Source of the DNA: Candidatus Buchananbacteria bacterium
GTDB lineage: Bacteria > Patescibacteriota > Patescibacteriia > 2-01-FULL-39-33
NCBI GenBank assembly: GCA_903859075.1
Contig: CAIOLF010000046.1
Coordinates: 20,671 to 84,670, forward strand
DNA: 64,000 nucleotides
Direction of reading: 5' to 3'
Shown here: positions 1-9,338 of the stretch, piece by piece
How the letters are laid out: every line of letters starts with the position of its first letter
Numbering within the stretch: the stretch's first letter is position 1
Position numbers and translations under genes: made by a program
The notes under the pieces: generated by a model
What the model saw: the letters and a program-made list of their open reading frames with translations, nothing else
The model's database searches: none
What the model was told of the DNA's origin: nothing

Positions 1-1
1 T

Positions 2-418
2 GGCGTAATTGTAAGCGTCATAAACCGTACGATGGTTATCAAAACTAAGCAAATCGCGGGAGAGATCCGGATCAGTCAAACCGCCGACGGAATCCGCCAG
101 CTTGACGGTATGATTACCGCCTGCTGGATAAATAATTGCTAGCCCCTCTTTATCCAGACGTTCAGTGATCGGATCAATAAGCGCGAGTGCCTGGGTTGGC
201 ATGAGGCCTTCCAAAGAAATAGCGCCGATGCGGCTGCCGGGATAAAAACGATGGGAATATTTAGCTTCAAAGAATAAAATTAAAGACAAAAAAATCAAGG
301 CGCAAACAAAAACAGCGGCTATCACCGCGAATAAAATCCACCACTTATTGATCCGACCACCTTCTTCTCGCCTGATTTTAATGTGGAATTTTTTAAAAAT
401 TCCGGCGGGCTTAATCAT
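2..418 (-). CDS. 5' part of a VanW/peptidoglycan-binding (YoaR-like) membrane-anchored protein; continues off the window
   Basis: Manual translation MIKPAG...WWILFAVIAAVFVCALIFLSLILFF (TM)...FYPGSRIGAISLEGLMPTQA resembles the N-terminus of VanW-family proteins; ATG overlaps the upstream gene end. Confidence 0.55.
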   Translation of the reverse strand, partial: MIKPAGIFKKFHIKIRREEGGRINKWWILFAVIAAVFVCALIFLSLILFFEAKYSHRFYPGSRIGAISLEGLMPTQALALIDPITERLDKEGLAIIYPAGGNHTVKLADSVGGLTDPDLSRDLLSFDNHRTVYDAYNYA

Positions 419-662
419 TGGTATGTAAAATTTGTTTGAGAATCTCTTTAGCGACTTTTTCCTGCCGCTGGCTGGCCAGATTATCGGCGGCACCGATGGC
501 TAACTCAACTAAATCGCCTTCTCCCAAATCATGGGGCAGCTTATCTCTTTGCCAAATCAACTCCTGGCGATCCTCGGTCTTAATGACCGCTTTATCGCCT
601 TCCAATCTATCGATGACTCCTTTTATGACAAAGGCGTCCATTTTATTGCCAGGACTATTCAT
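411..662 (-). CDS. DUF3006-family small protein
   Basis: GVIDRLEGDKAVI...LPHDLGEGDLV signature; overlaps the hsp20 stop. Confidence 0.8.
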   Translation of the reverse strand: MNSPGNKMDAFVIKGVIDRLEGDKAVIKTEDRQELIWQRDKLPHDLGEGDLVELAIGAADNLASQRQEKVAKEILKQILHTND

Positions 663-1116
663 TGATTTTCTTGATCTTAATGGCTGAGGTCTTATGCTTC
701 TTCGGCAGCTTGATGGTCAAAACGCCATTTTTTAAATTAGCTCTGATTTTCTGCTGATCGACTTCTTGCGGCAAGACGATGGAACGGCTGAAAGCGCCCC
801 AGTAGCATTCCCGGCAATAATAATTATCTTCCTCAACTTCCTCATCGGTCTCGCGAAAGCCGCGAATAGTCAGTAAATCATTAGTCACGGAAATATCCAA
901 ATTCTTGGGATCGACGCCGGCCATAGTCGATTTTATGACAATATTATCCTTGTCCTGATAGACATCGCAAGATAATTGGCCTTCGCCGGTAAACAATTGC
1001 TCTTGTTGCGGCGAGAAAAAACCGCCCTTATCGGGAGTGTTAAAAAAATTCTCCGGCTCGGCCGGACCGGCAGCCGGCTTGCCATATGCCGATTTAGGAC
1101 GCAGGACATTAGCCAT
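655..1116 (-). CDS. Hsp20/alpha-crystallin small heat-shock protein
   Basis: DVYQDKD, AGVDPKNLDIS, ECYWGAFSRSIVLP, ANLKNGVLTIKLPK motifs. Confidence 0.95.
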   Translation of the reverse strand: MANVLRPKSAYGKPAAGPAEPENFFNTPDKGGFFSPQQEQLFTGEGQLSCDVYQDKDNIVIKSTMAGVDPKNLDISVTNDLLTIRGFRETDEEVEEDNYYCRECYWGAFSRSIVLPQEVDQQKIRANLKNGVLTIKLPKKHKTSAIKIKKINE

Positions 1117-1198
1117 ATTGATAGTAATGATTATTCTTAACTATATTATACAACAATCTATGATAATAATTCAAGTATAAATATGTTATAATATAATT

Positions 1199-3796
1199 AT
1201 GAAACCAACCATTACTCTCAACCCGTTACTGGCTAACATCAAGCCATTAACCCTGGAAGCTATCCGAGAAAATTCCCTGAATAAAATCTTTAGGGATCTA
1301 AAATCGGGCAAAAACGGATTGACCGACAAGGAGGCCTTCAGGCGCTCCCGTTTCTTCGGACTTAATGAAGTGGCGCATAAGAAAAAAGTGGCGCCTCTCG
1401 TCAAGCTGTTCTCATATTTCAAAAGCCCGCTAATCATTATCCTCTTGGTAGCCGCTTCTATTTCCGGACTGGCCGGGGAATTCAAAAATTTCTTCATTAT
1501 CATGGGCATGGTCTTGCTGGGAGTCATTCTAAACTTTTATCAAGAACACAAATCCAATCAGGCGGCAAATAAAATCGCCCACCAACTGGAGATCCGGGCT
1601 TCCGTCTGGCGTAATAATTCCCAGAAAGAAATCCTCGCCAAATATATCGTGCCGGGAGACGTGCTGCTGCTCTCAGCCGGCGATATCGTGCCGGCCGACG
1701 GCCGCATCATTTCCGCCGACGATTTTTTCGTCAATGAATCGGTCCTGACCGGCGAAAGCTTTCCCGTGGAGAAAAAAGTCGGCGCAGGCAAAACCGCCAC
1801 CCTCCTCTCCGGAACTCATGTTGTTTCCGGCTATTGCTATTTCATCGCCACTAGCACCGGCGGACAGACCGAATACGGCCGGCTGGCGCAAACCATGACG
1901 GAAGCAGAGACGCCGAATGCTTTTGAAAACGGCGTCAAAAATTTCGGCTTCCTAATCATTAAAATCATCATTATTATCGTCCTGCTGATATTCTTAGTCA
2001 GCGCTTTTGAAAGAAGGGACATTGTCGATTCCTTCGTCTTTGCCTTGGCGGTAGCCGTCGGCGTCACGCCGGAACTGCTGCCCATGATCATGAGCGTCAA
2101 TATGGCCAAGGGCTCGGTCAATATGGCTAAAAAAGGCGTTCTGGTGAAACGGCTCAATGCCATTCCTGATTTCGGCAGCATGGACATCCTCTGCACCGAC
2201 AAAACCGGCACGCTTACCGAGGATCGAATTACTTTAATAAAGCATCTGGACGTCTTTGGAGTGGATTCCCTGGCGGTGCTAAGCCAAGCCTACATCAACG
2301 GCTCACTGGAAACGGGAATAAAAAGCATCCTTGATAAAGCCATCTTGGAATTCAAAGATGTCGATATTAAAGGTATTAAAAAAATCGATGAGATCCCTTA
2401 CGACTTTATGCGCAAGCGATCTTCGGTAATTTATGAGAAAAATAAAAAAAGACGGCTGGTCACCAAGGGAGCGCCGGAAGAAATATTCAAAATCTGTACT
2501 GCCTATGAAGCTAAGGGCAAACATAAAAAACTGACGCCAGCAATGCTTAAAAAAATACAGAAGCTTTATGACGATCTCAGCAATGACGGCTTGCGGGTAC
2601 TGGCCATAGCGATCCGGGAAGTCAAAGACAAAAAACGCGTCTATTCCAAAACCGAAGAAAAAGATCTGACGCTGATCGGCTTTGTCGCTTTTTACGATCC
2701 GCCCAAGGCCAGCGCCAAAGAAACCATTACCGCCATGCGTGATTATGGAATCGAAGTAAAAATTCTCACCGGCGACAGCCCGCTGGTGACCAAAAAAATC
2801 TGCTCCGATCTGGGCTTGGACGTCAAAGGCATCTTAGTCGGCGAAGATTTGAATTTTGACAAAATGAATGATGAGACCATCGCCGCCAAAGCGGCGAATA
2901 ATACCATTTTTGCCAGGTTTTCTCCCATCCAAAAAAATCGCATCATCTCCGCGCTCAAAAAAAACGGCTCCGTCGTCGGCTACTTGGGCGATGGCATTAA
3001 TGACGCGCCGTCGCTAAAAAACGCCGACGTCGCCATCTCCGTCAGCAATGCCGTGGACGTGGCCAAAGAAGCGGCCGACATTATCCTAGTCAACAAAGGA
3101 CTGAAAGAATTAATGGAGGGAGTCATTGAAGGACGCAAGACCTTTGGCAATACCATGAAATACCTGATGATGGGGCTGAGCTCCAACTTCGGCAATATGT
3201 TTTCCATGATCGGCGCCGTGATTTATCTGCCTTTTTTTCCGATGCTGCCCGGCCAAATATTGCTCAATAATCTGCTCTACGACACCTCCCAGCTGTCAAT
3301 CCCCACTGACAATGTGGACTTAGAATATCTGCGCAAGCCGCGGCATTGGGATATGAAATTCATCAAATACTTCATGGTTATCTTTGGCCTGATCAGTTCG
3401 GTCTTTGACATTCTGACCTTTGTCTTGCTTTTTGGCTTTTTCGGACTGAGAAATTCCGTCTTTCAATCCGGCTGGTTTATTGAATCGCTGCTGACCCAGA
3501 TCCTGGTCATTTATATCATTCGAACGAAAAAAATACCTTTTTTGCAATCCCGTCCCAGCAAATATTTGCTTGCCACGACACTGCTGATAATTTCTTTTGG
3601 CTTACTGATCATCAGCACTAATATCGGCCACTTCTTCGGCTTTGGCGATCTGCCTTGGATAGCGTTGGTCTATATAATTATTCTTGTTTTAATTTATCTG
3701 TTAATAGTAGAGATAGCCAAGCAAATCTTTTATCGCCTGCTGCATACGCGGGATGATAAAAAAAATATGTTGCCAGTCAAAACCGCCGCAAAATAA
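1199..3796 (+). CDS. mgtA: Magnesium-translocating P-type ATPase
   Basis: TGES, AVGVTPELLPMI, MDILCTDKTGTLT phosphorylation motif, DPPK, GDGINDAP, SSNFGNMFS, NLLYD. Confidence 0.95.
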   Translation: MKPTITLNPLLANIKPLTLEAIRENSLNKIFRDLKSGKNGLTDKEAFRRSRFFGLNEVAHKKKVAPLVKLFSYFKSPLIIILLVAASISGLAGEFKNFFIIMGMVLLGVILNFYQEHKSNQAANKIAHQLEIRASVWRNNSQKEILAKYIVPGDVLLLSAGDIVPADGRIISADDFFVNESVLTGESFPVEKKVGAGKTATLLSGTHVVSGYCYFIATSTGGQTEYGRLAQTMTEAETPNAFENGVKNFGFLIIKIIIIIVLLIFLVSAFERRDIVDSFVFALAVAVGVTPELLPMIMSVNMAKGSVNMAKKGVLVKRLNAIPDFGSMDILCTDKTGTLTEDRITLIKHLDVFGVDSLAVLSQAYINGSLETGIKSILDKAILEFKDVDIKGIKKIDEIPYDFMRKRSSVIYEKNKKRRLVTKGAPEEIFKICTAYEAKGKHKKLTPAMLKKIQKLYDDLSNDGLRVLAIAIREVKDKKRVYSKTEEKDLTLIGFVAFYDPPKASAKETITAMRDYGIEVKILTGDSPLVTKKICSDLGLDVKGILVGEDLNFDKMNDETIAAKAANNTIFARFSPIQKNRIISALKKNGSVVGYLGDGINDAPSLKNADVAISVSNAVDVAKEAADIILVNKGLKELMEGVIEGRKTFGNTMKYLMMGLSSNFGNMFSMIGAVIYLPFFPMLPGQILLNNLLYDTSQLSIPTDNVDLEYLRKPRHWDMKFIKYFMVIFGLISSVFDILTFVLLFGFFGLRNSVFQSGWFIESLLTQILVIYIIRTKKIPFLQSRPSKYLLATTLLIISFGLLIISTNIGHFFGFGDLPWIALVYIIILVLIYLLIVEIAKQIFYRLLHTRDDKKNMLPVKTAAK

Positions 3797-3809
3797 AAAA
3801 AACAGCTTC

Positions 3810-4262
3810 TCACGAATCGTGAGAAGCTAACATTGGCAAACTGGCCATTGGCGGCAAACTGGCCCTGGGGCCCGGCCGCTTAGGCAAGACGAGAGCAAAC
3901 ATTGGAGCCACTCCCTTCTTTTTGAGGCCTAGCTGGTCGGCCGCTCCTTCGGAAATATCGAGATCCCTTTCTGGCTTTGACGGACCTCGGTCATTGATCC
4001 TGACCTTGCAAAACCGCCAGGTTGACAGGTCAAGCCAATTTTCCGAGTAAAGCAGAAGTACCTCCGTATCAAACTGCAGCGTGCGGGACGCCGCAGTATA
4101 GCCGGCGGGAAAAAACTCCTCACCGCTGGCTGTCTGGGTCCCCTGCCTGTACCAGCTTACCACTGACACTGGCGGCAGAAGCTTCGAGATTGGCCGCGTA
4201 GCAGCAGTGCCACCTCCGGGCACCAGCTGCGTTATGGCCAACAGCAACACTAGATGCGTCAT
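3810..4262 (-). CDS. rlpA: RlpA-like lytic transglycosylase (double-psi beta-barrel)
   Basis: SWY..TASGE, TAASRTL, VRINDRGP, DISEGAA motifs; start re-assigned to the ATG after GGAGGT RBS. Confidence 0.8.
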   Translation of the reverse strand: MTHLVLLLAITQLVPGGGTAATRPISKLLPPVSVVSWYRQGTQTASGEEFFPAGYTAASRTLQFDTEVLLLYSENWLDLSTWRFCKVRINDRGPSKPERDLDISEGAADQLGLKKKGVAPMFALVLPKRPGPRASLPPMASLPMLASHDS

Positions 4263-4463
4263 CGACTTACCTCCATGCTCGGCCGAGGCCTCAAATATAC
4301 GAAAAAACATCTCTACAAACCTTACCGTGAAGGAATGCTTTTGGGAGTCGTTTTCTACTTCGAAGCCGGCTAAGGAAATTGGCTGAAGTCCGCGACGAGC
4401 GAACAATCAGCAACACTGCAAGCTTACGTAAGGAACGTTATAAATGCTAAAATAACTGCCGTA

Positions 4464-4492
4464 ATTATAAACGATTTTTGGCCTCGTGTCAA
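4464..4492 (-). promoter_or_regulatory. Consensus sigma70 promoter for rlpA-like gene
   Basis: TTGACA-17 nt-TATAAT on the minus strand. Confidence 0.7.
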
Positions 4493-4544
4493 GATGCAAT
4501 TTATCTGCTATAATTAAACTGACTAAATAATAACTTTAAACAAT

Positions 4545-4817
4545 ATGCCTATCTCCAGAAAAACCGCTGCCAAAAAAAGCGCAGCTGGTAAAATGGCCGC
4601 CGAAAAAGCAGCGCCGATCCGCGGCCAGGTTGCCGTCGACGGCTTCAAAAAAATCGGCGATGACTTAGTCGCCGCCCTCAAAGAGGTACGCAGTCGCTAC
4701 CAAAAATTGGACAAAGACACCAAGAAAAAAATCATCACCGGCGTGGCCGGTACGCTGGCGCTTTTAGCCGGCATCCGCGCCGTAAAAAAGATGGCCAAAA
4801 GAAAGAAGAAAAAATAA
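4545..4817 (+). CDS. Small basic hypothetical protein with C-terminal hydrophobic helix
   Basis: Lys/Ala-rich ORF, AT-rich upstream region, followed by a terminator. Confidence 0.65.
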   Translation: MPISRKTAAKKSAAGKMAAEKAAPIRGQVAVDGFKKIGDDLVAALKEVRSRYQKLDKDTKKKIITGVAGTLALLAGIRAVKKMAKRKKKK

Positions 4818-4834
4818 AGAAAGCAAGTTTCCCA

Positions 4835-4868
4835 AAGACCCTCCTGGTTTCAGGAGGGTCTTTTTTAT
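4835..4868 (+). terminator. Rho-independent terminator
   Basis: AAGACCCTCCTG-GTTT-CAGGAGGGTCTT followed by T-tract. Confidence 0.85.
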
Positions 4869-5072
4869 TGCCGTCCAAATAAGCGAATGTCCCTTATTAT
4901 TTAAAAAAATATGCCCCTATCATGGTGCATAATTAGGCCATTTGACCATTTATTTTTAGTATGTTAAAACTATTGCAGTACCTACTAAATCGGTTAGAGA
5001 GCGAGGTTTGAATGACTTCGCATGGCATAGAAGACATAGGAGTAAGTATTGACGGAAAGGAGAGACTGTGTT

Positions 5073-6113
5073 ATGGCAGCTAAGAGCCTAACGGCCATTG
5101 TGAAAAATCCAGCCGAAGCGCCACCATCGCTGCTGACGCCGAGGCAAATCCAAAGCTTCCTGCGACGTCTGGGAACGGACAAAGAGAGACAATTGCAAAC
5201 CTTGGCCAGAATGGCGGAAACCATGCTCGCCAATCAGGTCAAGCAACGGGCGATCTTGGAAGGACGGCGGACCAAGCTGGAAAGAAAACTGACGCAAATC
5301 CGGCTGGGTCTAAGAGAAACCGGGCGTAATGAAAGGAGAATCACCCGGCTCATCAACGGCCAGGCGGCCAAGCCGCCCGAGGCCGAAGTTAAGCCCGCGG
5401 GCAAAGCCAGCCGCAAACCGCCGGTGAAAAAGAAAGTTACGAAACGCAAGATCAAAAAGCGACCGCCAAAAATCCCGCGGACGCGTAAAGCGACGGGAGC
5501 GGGACCGCGAACCGGAAGCAAAAACGAGTCCCTGTTCAATGAGATTGTCCGTCACGGCAGTAAAGGAATCGCTTCCTCTGAGTTGGTGGATTTCGCAGTC
5601 ACGGATGAGACCATCAATCCGAAACACGAGGAACGCTCAGTAGTCGCCACGCGCGTCTTCGCCATGATCCAATCGCTGCGTGAAGCGGAACTGATTGAGA
5701 ACGTCGGTGAAACGCACAAGGCCGTCTGGCGCAGCACGACAACGGCGGAAGCCAAGGCGCCAAAGCCGGACGAGCAAGCCGACGGGCGGAATGTCCGACC
5801 CCCGAAGCAATCGAACTTGGGTGCTCCGCCAGCCCAGAAACCCACCGAATTGCGGGAACTGAGACAGTCCTTCCTCAACGCACTCCTGTGCGGGAAAAAA
5901 AAAGGGCTGATCCTCGACCGGATCGTCAAGGCGGTCAAAGAGTCGGATCACTCCGGCTTTATGACCGCGGACAAAGATGATGATGAGATCCGTATCGAGG
6001 TCGGCCAGTTCTTGCGAATGAACCGCCCAAATTACGCTTGCGACGCCAAGCTTCCAGAGCATTGGTGGGTCAAGGAGGAAGCCCCTTACCCTTTTGCCAA
6101 AGACCGGAAGTAG
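5073..6113 (+). CDS. Hypothetical basic protein (coiled coil, Lys-rich linker, possible winged-helix modules)
   Basis: Long ORF; AAGGAG RBS before ATG at 5073; no recognised family. Confidence 0.65.
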   Translation: MAAKSLTAIVKNPAEAPPSLLTPRQIQSFLRRLGTDKERQLQTLARMAETMLANQVKQRAILEGRRTKLERKLTQIRLGLRETGRNERRITRLINGQAAKPPEAEVKPAGKASRKPPVKKKVTKRKIKKRPPKIPRTRKATGAGPRTGSKNESLFNEIVRHGSKGIASSELVDFAVTDETINPKHEERSVVATRVFAMIQSLREAELIENVGETHKAVWRSTTTAEAKAPKPDEQADGRNVRPPKQSNLGAPPAQKPTELRELRQSFLNALLCGKKKGLILDRIVKAVKESDHSGFMTADKDDDEIRIEVGQFLRMNRPNYACDAKLPEHWWVKEEAPYPFAKDRK

Positions 6114-6670
6114 ACCCGCTCCGCCTGATCCGGCCAATAAACGTGGAGCAGGTGCAGCCGCTATTTCCGTTACTGATCAAGCTGTTCGACCATTGGCTTA
6201 CCTTCCAGCAACTGCTAGAAGTAGCCAAGGCCTACGCGCCGGAAGTCGGCTTTGACTTGAGTTCAACTTCGTCGACCCTAATTGACAATGGCTTCCGACT
6301 GGCCATCGCTAAGTACTCTTTATATGAGGACGAGAACGGCATCGTCAAGCCGATGCGCGTTACTGAGAGGCCAACGCCCGCTAAACGTCCGCGCGCGCAA
6401 CAAACCACGATGGAGAAGAATCTCGTAGAAGACGATGATGGCTGGGAGCAAGTTATCCTGGAAACCGTCAAATACGAAGGGCCGATTTCCACCGACGATG
6501 CCAAAGAGCGAATCCGTGATCAAGGCGGGTCCGATTCGTGGCTCATCCCGAAGGATACGGAGGATGGCGAAATCGAGGACAAGGTCGGTGAGGCAATCGA
6601 CCGACTAGATGGCCGAGGTCTGATCGAAACCGATCCTGATGGAGGAGGATGGGTCATTAGAGAACAATAA
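6038..6670 (+). CDS. Hypothetical acidic protein; start uncertain, possibly fused to the upstream ORF by -1 frameshift
   Basis: Open frame overlapping the end of 5073..6113 in the -1 frame; C-terminus LDGRGLIETDPDGGGW looks like a winged-helix wing. Confidence 0.55.
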   Translation: MRRQASRALVGQGGSPLPFCQRPEVDPLRLIRPINVEQVQPLFPLLIKLFDHWLTFQQLLEVAKAYAPEVGFDLSSTSSTLIDNGFRLAIAKYSLYEDENGIVKPMRVTERPTPAKRPRAQQTTMEKNLVEDDDGWEQVILETVKYEGPISTDDAKERIRDQGGSDSWLIPKDTEDGEIEDKVGEAIDRLDGRGLIETDPDGGGWVIREQ

Positions 6671-6774
6671 TTATCCAGCTCGAAAACGCAAGTTTTTGAG
6701 CTGTTTCTTTTTTTTGCAAAAAAAAGGATCAGCCATAGCCGATCCCAAACATACCCTATCCGAAAAAAACATCT

Positions 6775-7263
6775 TTAGAAAATGCTATCTTCCAACTCGT
6801 AATCCTCCACCGTGCTTCCGCCAGCATTGTAGTAAAACGTTCCCCTGACTTTTCGACCATTGAGTACGACTGGCAACCAAAGCGGATCAGCGGGCCACAT
6901 CTCGTCTTTTACCTGAAGCAGCTCTTCTGCCGTAAACCAGCGAGGTTCACCCATTTCCTCAGTTTCCCTCGACTCCCCCTTCCAGTGCCGGCAAATGAAG
7001 ACGTGCATTTGTCTCACTAGGCTATCACCGACAAAATGGAACTCTAGCTCGGCCGCCTTTTGCAACTGCAAAGGACTAATCTCCACCTCCGACTCCTGGG
7101 CGGTTTCCCTGATAGTTGCCGCTTCGATGGTCTCTCCCGGCTCAACTTTACCGCCGTAACCGTTCCACTTGCCGGCACCCCAACCGCGAAGCTTCTTAGC
7201 CAAGGCAACTCGGCCATCGCGGCAGAGCAGGCACAGCGTCAGAATCTTCTTTTCTTTTGCCAT
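6775..7263 (-). CDS. Nudix hydrolase, MutT/MTH1 (8-oxo-dGTPase)-like
   Basis: KLRGWGAGKWNGYGGKVEPGET...RETAQESEV (variant Nudix box), ETEEM.PRWF, MWPAD; AAGGAGG RBS. Confidence 0.85.
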   Translation of the reverse strand: MAKEKKILTLCLLCRDGRVALAKKLRGWGAGKWNGYGGKVEPGETIEAATIRETAQESEVEISPLQLQKAAELEFHFVGDSLVRQMHVFICRHWKGESRETEEMGEPRWFTAEELLQVKDEMWPADPLWLPVVLNGRKVRGTFYYNAGGSTVEDYELEDSIF

Positions 7264-7368
7264 ATGTTTGATTCCTCCTTTCTTGGGCTCATCATAATAC
7301 AGGCCCGCTCTTTTGGCAAGGGCTCGTTTTGGAAGCAAAAATATGATAAAATGACTGTATAATAGTTA

Positions 7369-8064
7369 ATGGAATATATGAAAAACATCATCACTTTGCT
7401 AATCATCTTGGCTCTGGGACTCTTTATCGGCCAAGCCGCTCTGGCGCATCAGCCGCGCCTAGTCACCGTGAGCGGTCCGATTACTGTCAGTAATCCGGAA
7501 ATCTCCCAGGCCTTTTATGGCGAGCTCAAAGAAGAGCCGGCCACTTATATCATTAAATCAACAAAATCATTCAAGCTATACCTGAATCTCTTGACTCCCG
7601 ACATCACAGGAGCCCGCGAAGATTTTTCCGCGCAAGTGGATTATGAAGACAGCACCAAGGTAAAGAAAAAATTGTTATTTCTTGACGGACAAAACACTTC
7701 TTGGAGCTATATGTATGAGGAATATGCCGGCGACGGCTACTTCAAGGGTCCGGAAGTCAGAGCCGATGCCTATGCCGGCATTTATACCATTAAAGTTTTT
7801 AATCCTGATAATCAAGGTAAGTATGTGTTAGCCGTCGGTGAAACAGAATCTTTTCCGCTGACTGAAATGATAAAAACCTTGATTTTGCTGCCACGGCTTA
7901 AGGCCGACTTCTTTGGCAAACCCTGGTGGACATTCTTATTCAACCAAATTGGAGTTTATGTTTTGTATCTGGTAACAATAGTTGCCGTAGTAATCGCCGT
8001 CATTATTTACATTGTTAAAAAAATAAAACGGAAAAAAGACAAAGCCGCCGAGATCAAAGAATAA
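7369..8064 (+). CDS. Hypothetical exported protein with C-terminal membrane anchor
   Basis: Signal peptide (ALA-HQP), C-terminal TM and basic tail. Confidence 0.75.
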   Translation: MEYMKNIITLLIILALGLFIGQAALAHQPRLVTVSGPITVSNPEISQAFYGELKEEPATYIIKSTKSFKLYLNLLTPDITGAREDFSAQVDYEDSTKVKKKLLFLDGQNTSWSYMYEEYAGDGYFKGPEVRADAYAGIYTIKVFNPDNQGKYVLAVGETESFPLTEMIKTLILLPRLKADFFGKPWWTFLFNQIGVYVLYLVTIVAVVIAVIIYIVKKIKRKKDKAAEIKE

Positions 8065-8139
8065 AAAATGGTAATCGGAGTTATTGCCAAACTTTATTAA
8101 AATTGCTAGAATATCGCCATAATTAATCAGTCAAAAAAT

Positions 8140-9258
8140 ATGTCTGCAGGCCTAAAAAAATGGATCAATCAAGTGATTGAGCCGACCGGCATCCGGCTAG
8201 ACGGCCCCAATCATTGGGATCCGCAAATTAAAAACCCCAAACTTTACGATCGCGTCAAGGCGGAGGGATCGCTGGGACTTGGCGATGCTTACGTGGACGG
8301 CTGGTGGGAGTGCGAGCGCCTGGATGAATTTTTCCATCGGCTACTTTCAATAAACATTCATGAGCGCCTCGGGCTATCGCTGCCTATTATCCTAGGATTT
8401 TTAAAAGCCAAGCTGATCAATATGCAAGGAGTGCGGCGCGCTTTCCAAGTCGGCGAGAAGCATTACGATACCGGCAATGACTTGTTTGTCGCCATGCTCG
8501 GGAAAACCATGGCTTACAGCTGTGGCTACTGGAAAAACGCTTCCACTTTGGACGAGGCGCAGGAAGCCAAGCTTGATCTGATCTGCAAAAAATTATATTT
8601 GCGGCCGGACATGAAAATCTTAGATATCGGTTCCGGCTGGGGCAGCCTGGTCAGGCACGCCGCCAAAAATTACAACGTCAGCGCCGTGGGCCTCACTGTT
8701 TCTAAAGAACAAGCTAAATTGGCGACTGAATTGTGCACCGGACTGCCGGTGGAATTCCGCTTGCAAGACTATCGCACCTTAAATGAAAAATTCGACCGGG
8801 TGATTTCCGTCGGCATGTTTGAACATGTGGGAGTGAAAAATTACCGCACTTACATGGAAGTGGCCAAGCGCTGCTTGAAGCCGGACGGCCTCTCAATGCT
8901 CCATACTATTGGCAGTCTCAAATCCGGCAACAGCACCGATCCCTGGATCGGCAAATACATTTTCCCCAACGGCCAACTGCCGTCGGTCAAACAGATTGCC
9001 ACCGCCGCGGAAAAAATCTTTGTCATTGAAGATCTGCATAACTTCGGAATCTATTACGATAAGACATTGATGGCTTGGAAAGAGAATTTTGAAACCGCCT
9101 GGCCGCAGCTCAAAAATAGTTACAGCGAAAAATTCTACCGTATGTGGCGGTATTACCTGCTCTGTTGCGCCGGCGCCTTCCGCGCCCGCTCCATCCAGCT
9201 CTGGCAGATAGTGCTTTCGCCTCATGGAGTTCCTGGGGGCTACGATTCCATCAGATAG
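8140..9258 (+). CDS. cfa: Cyclopropane-fatty-acyl-phospholipid synthase
   Basis: GSLGLGDAYVDGWW, HYDTGNDLF, YSCGYW, LDIGSGWG, SVGMFEHVG, KYIFPNG, RMWRYYL. Confidence 0.95.
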   Translation: MSAGLKKWINQVIEPTGIRLDGPNHWDPQIKNPKLYDRVKAEGSLGLGDAYVDGWWECERLDEFFHRLLSINIHERLGLSLPIILGFLKAKLINMQGVRRAFQVGEKHYDTGNDLFVAMLGKTMAYSCGYWKNASTLDEAQEAKLDLICKKLYLRPDMKILDIGSGWGSLVRHAAKNYNVSAVGLTVSKEQAKLATELCTGLPVEFRLQDYRTLNEKFDRVISVGMFEHVGVKNYRTYMEVAKRCLKPDGLSMLHTIGSLKSGNSTDPWIGKYIFPNGQLPSVKQIATAAEKIFVIEDLHNFGIYYDKTLMAWKENFETAWPQLKNSYSEKFYRMWRYYLLCCAGAFRARSIQLWQIVLSPHGVPGGYDSIR

Positions 9259-9294
9259 ATTTTAAAAGACGCCCGACCGGGCGTCTTTTAAAAT
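9259..9294. terminator. Near-perfect palindromic terminator after cfa
   Basis: ATTTTAAAAGACGCCCG-AC-CGGGCGTCTTTTAAAAT. Confidence 0.8.
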
Positions 9295-9338
9295 TAAACA
9301 AAAAATGCTAAAATAAAATTAGCAATATCTAAGTCATT

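Noticed and set aside
1117-1198. Mg2+ riboswitch or MgtL leader upstream of mgtA
   Set aside because: The intergenic gap is only ~80 nt, AT-rich and shared with the divergent hsp20 gene; no room or consensus for such an element.
1186-3547. Numerous antisense ORFs inside mgtA and other genes
   Set aside because: Shadow ORFs opposite well-supported genes, with no recognisable motifs or start signals.
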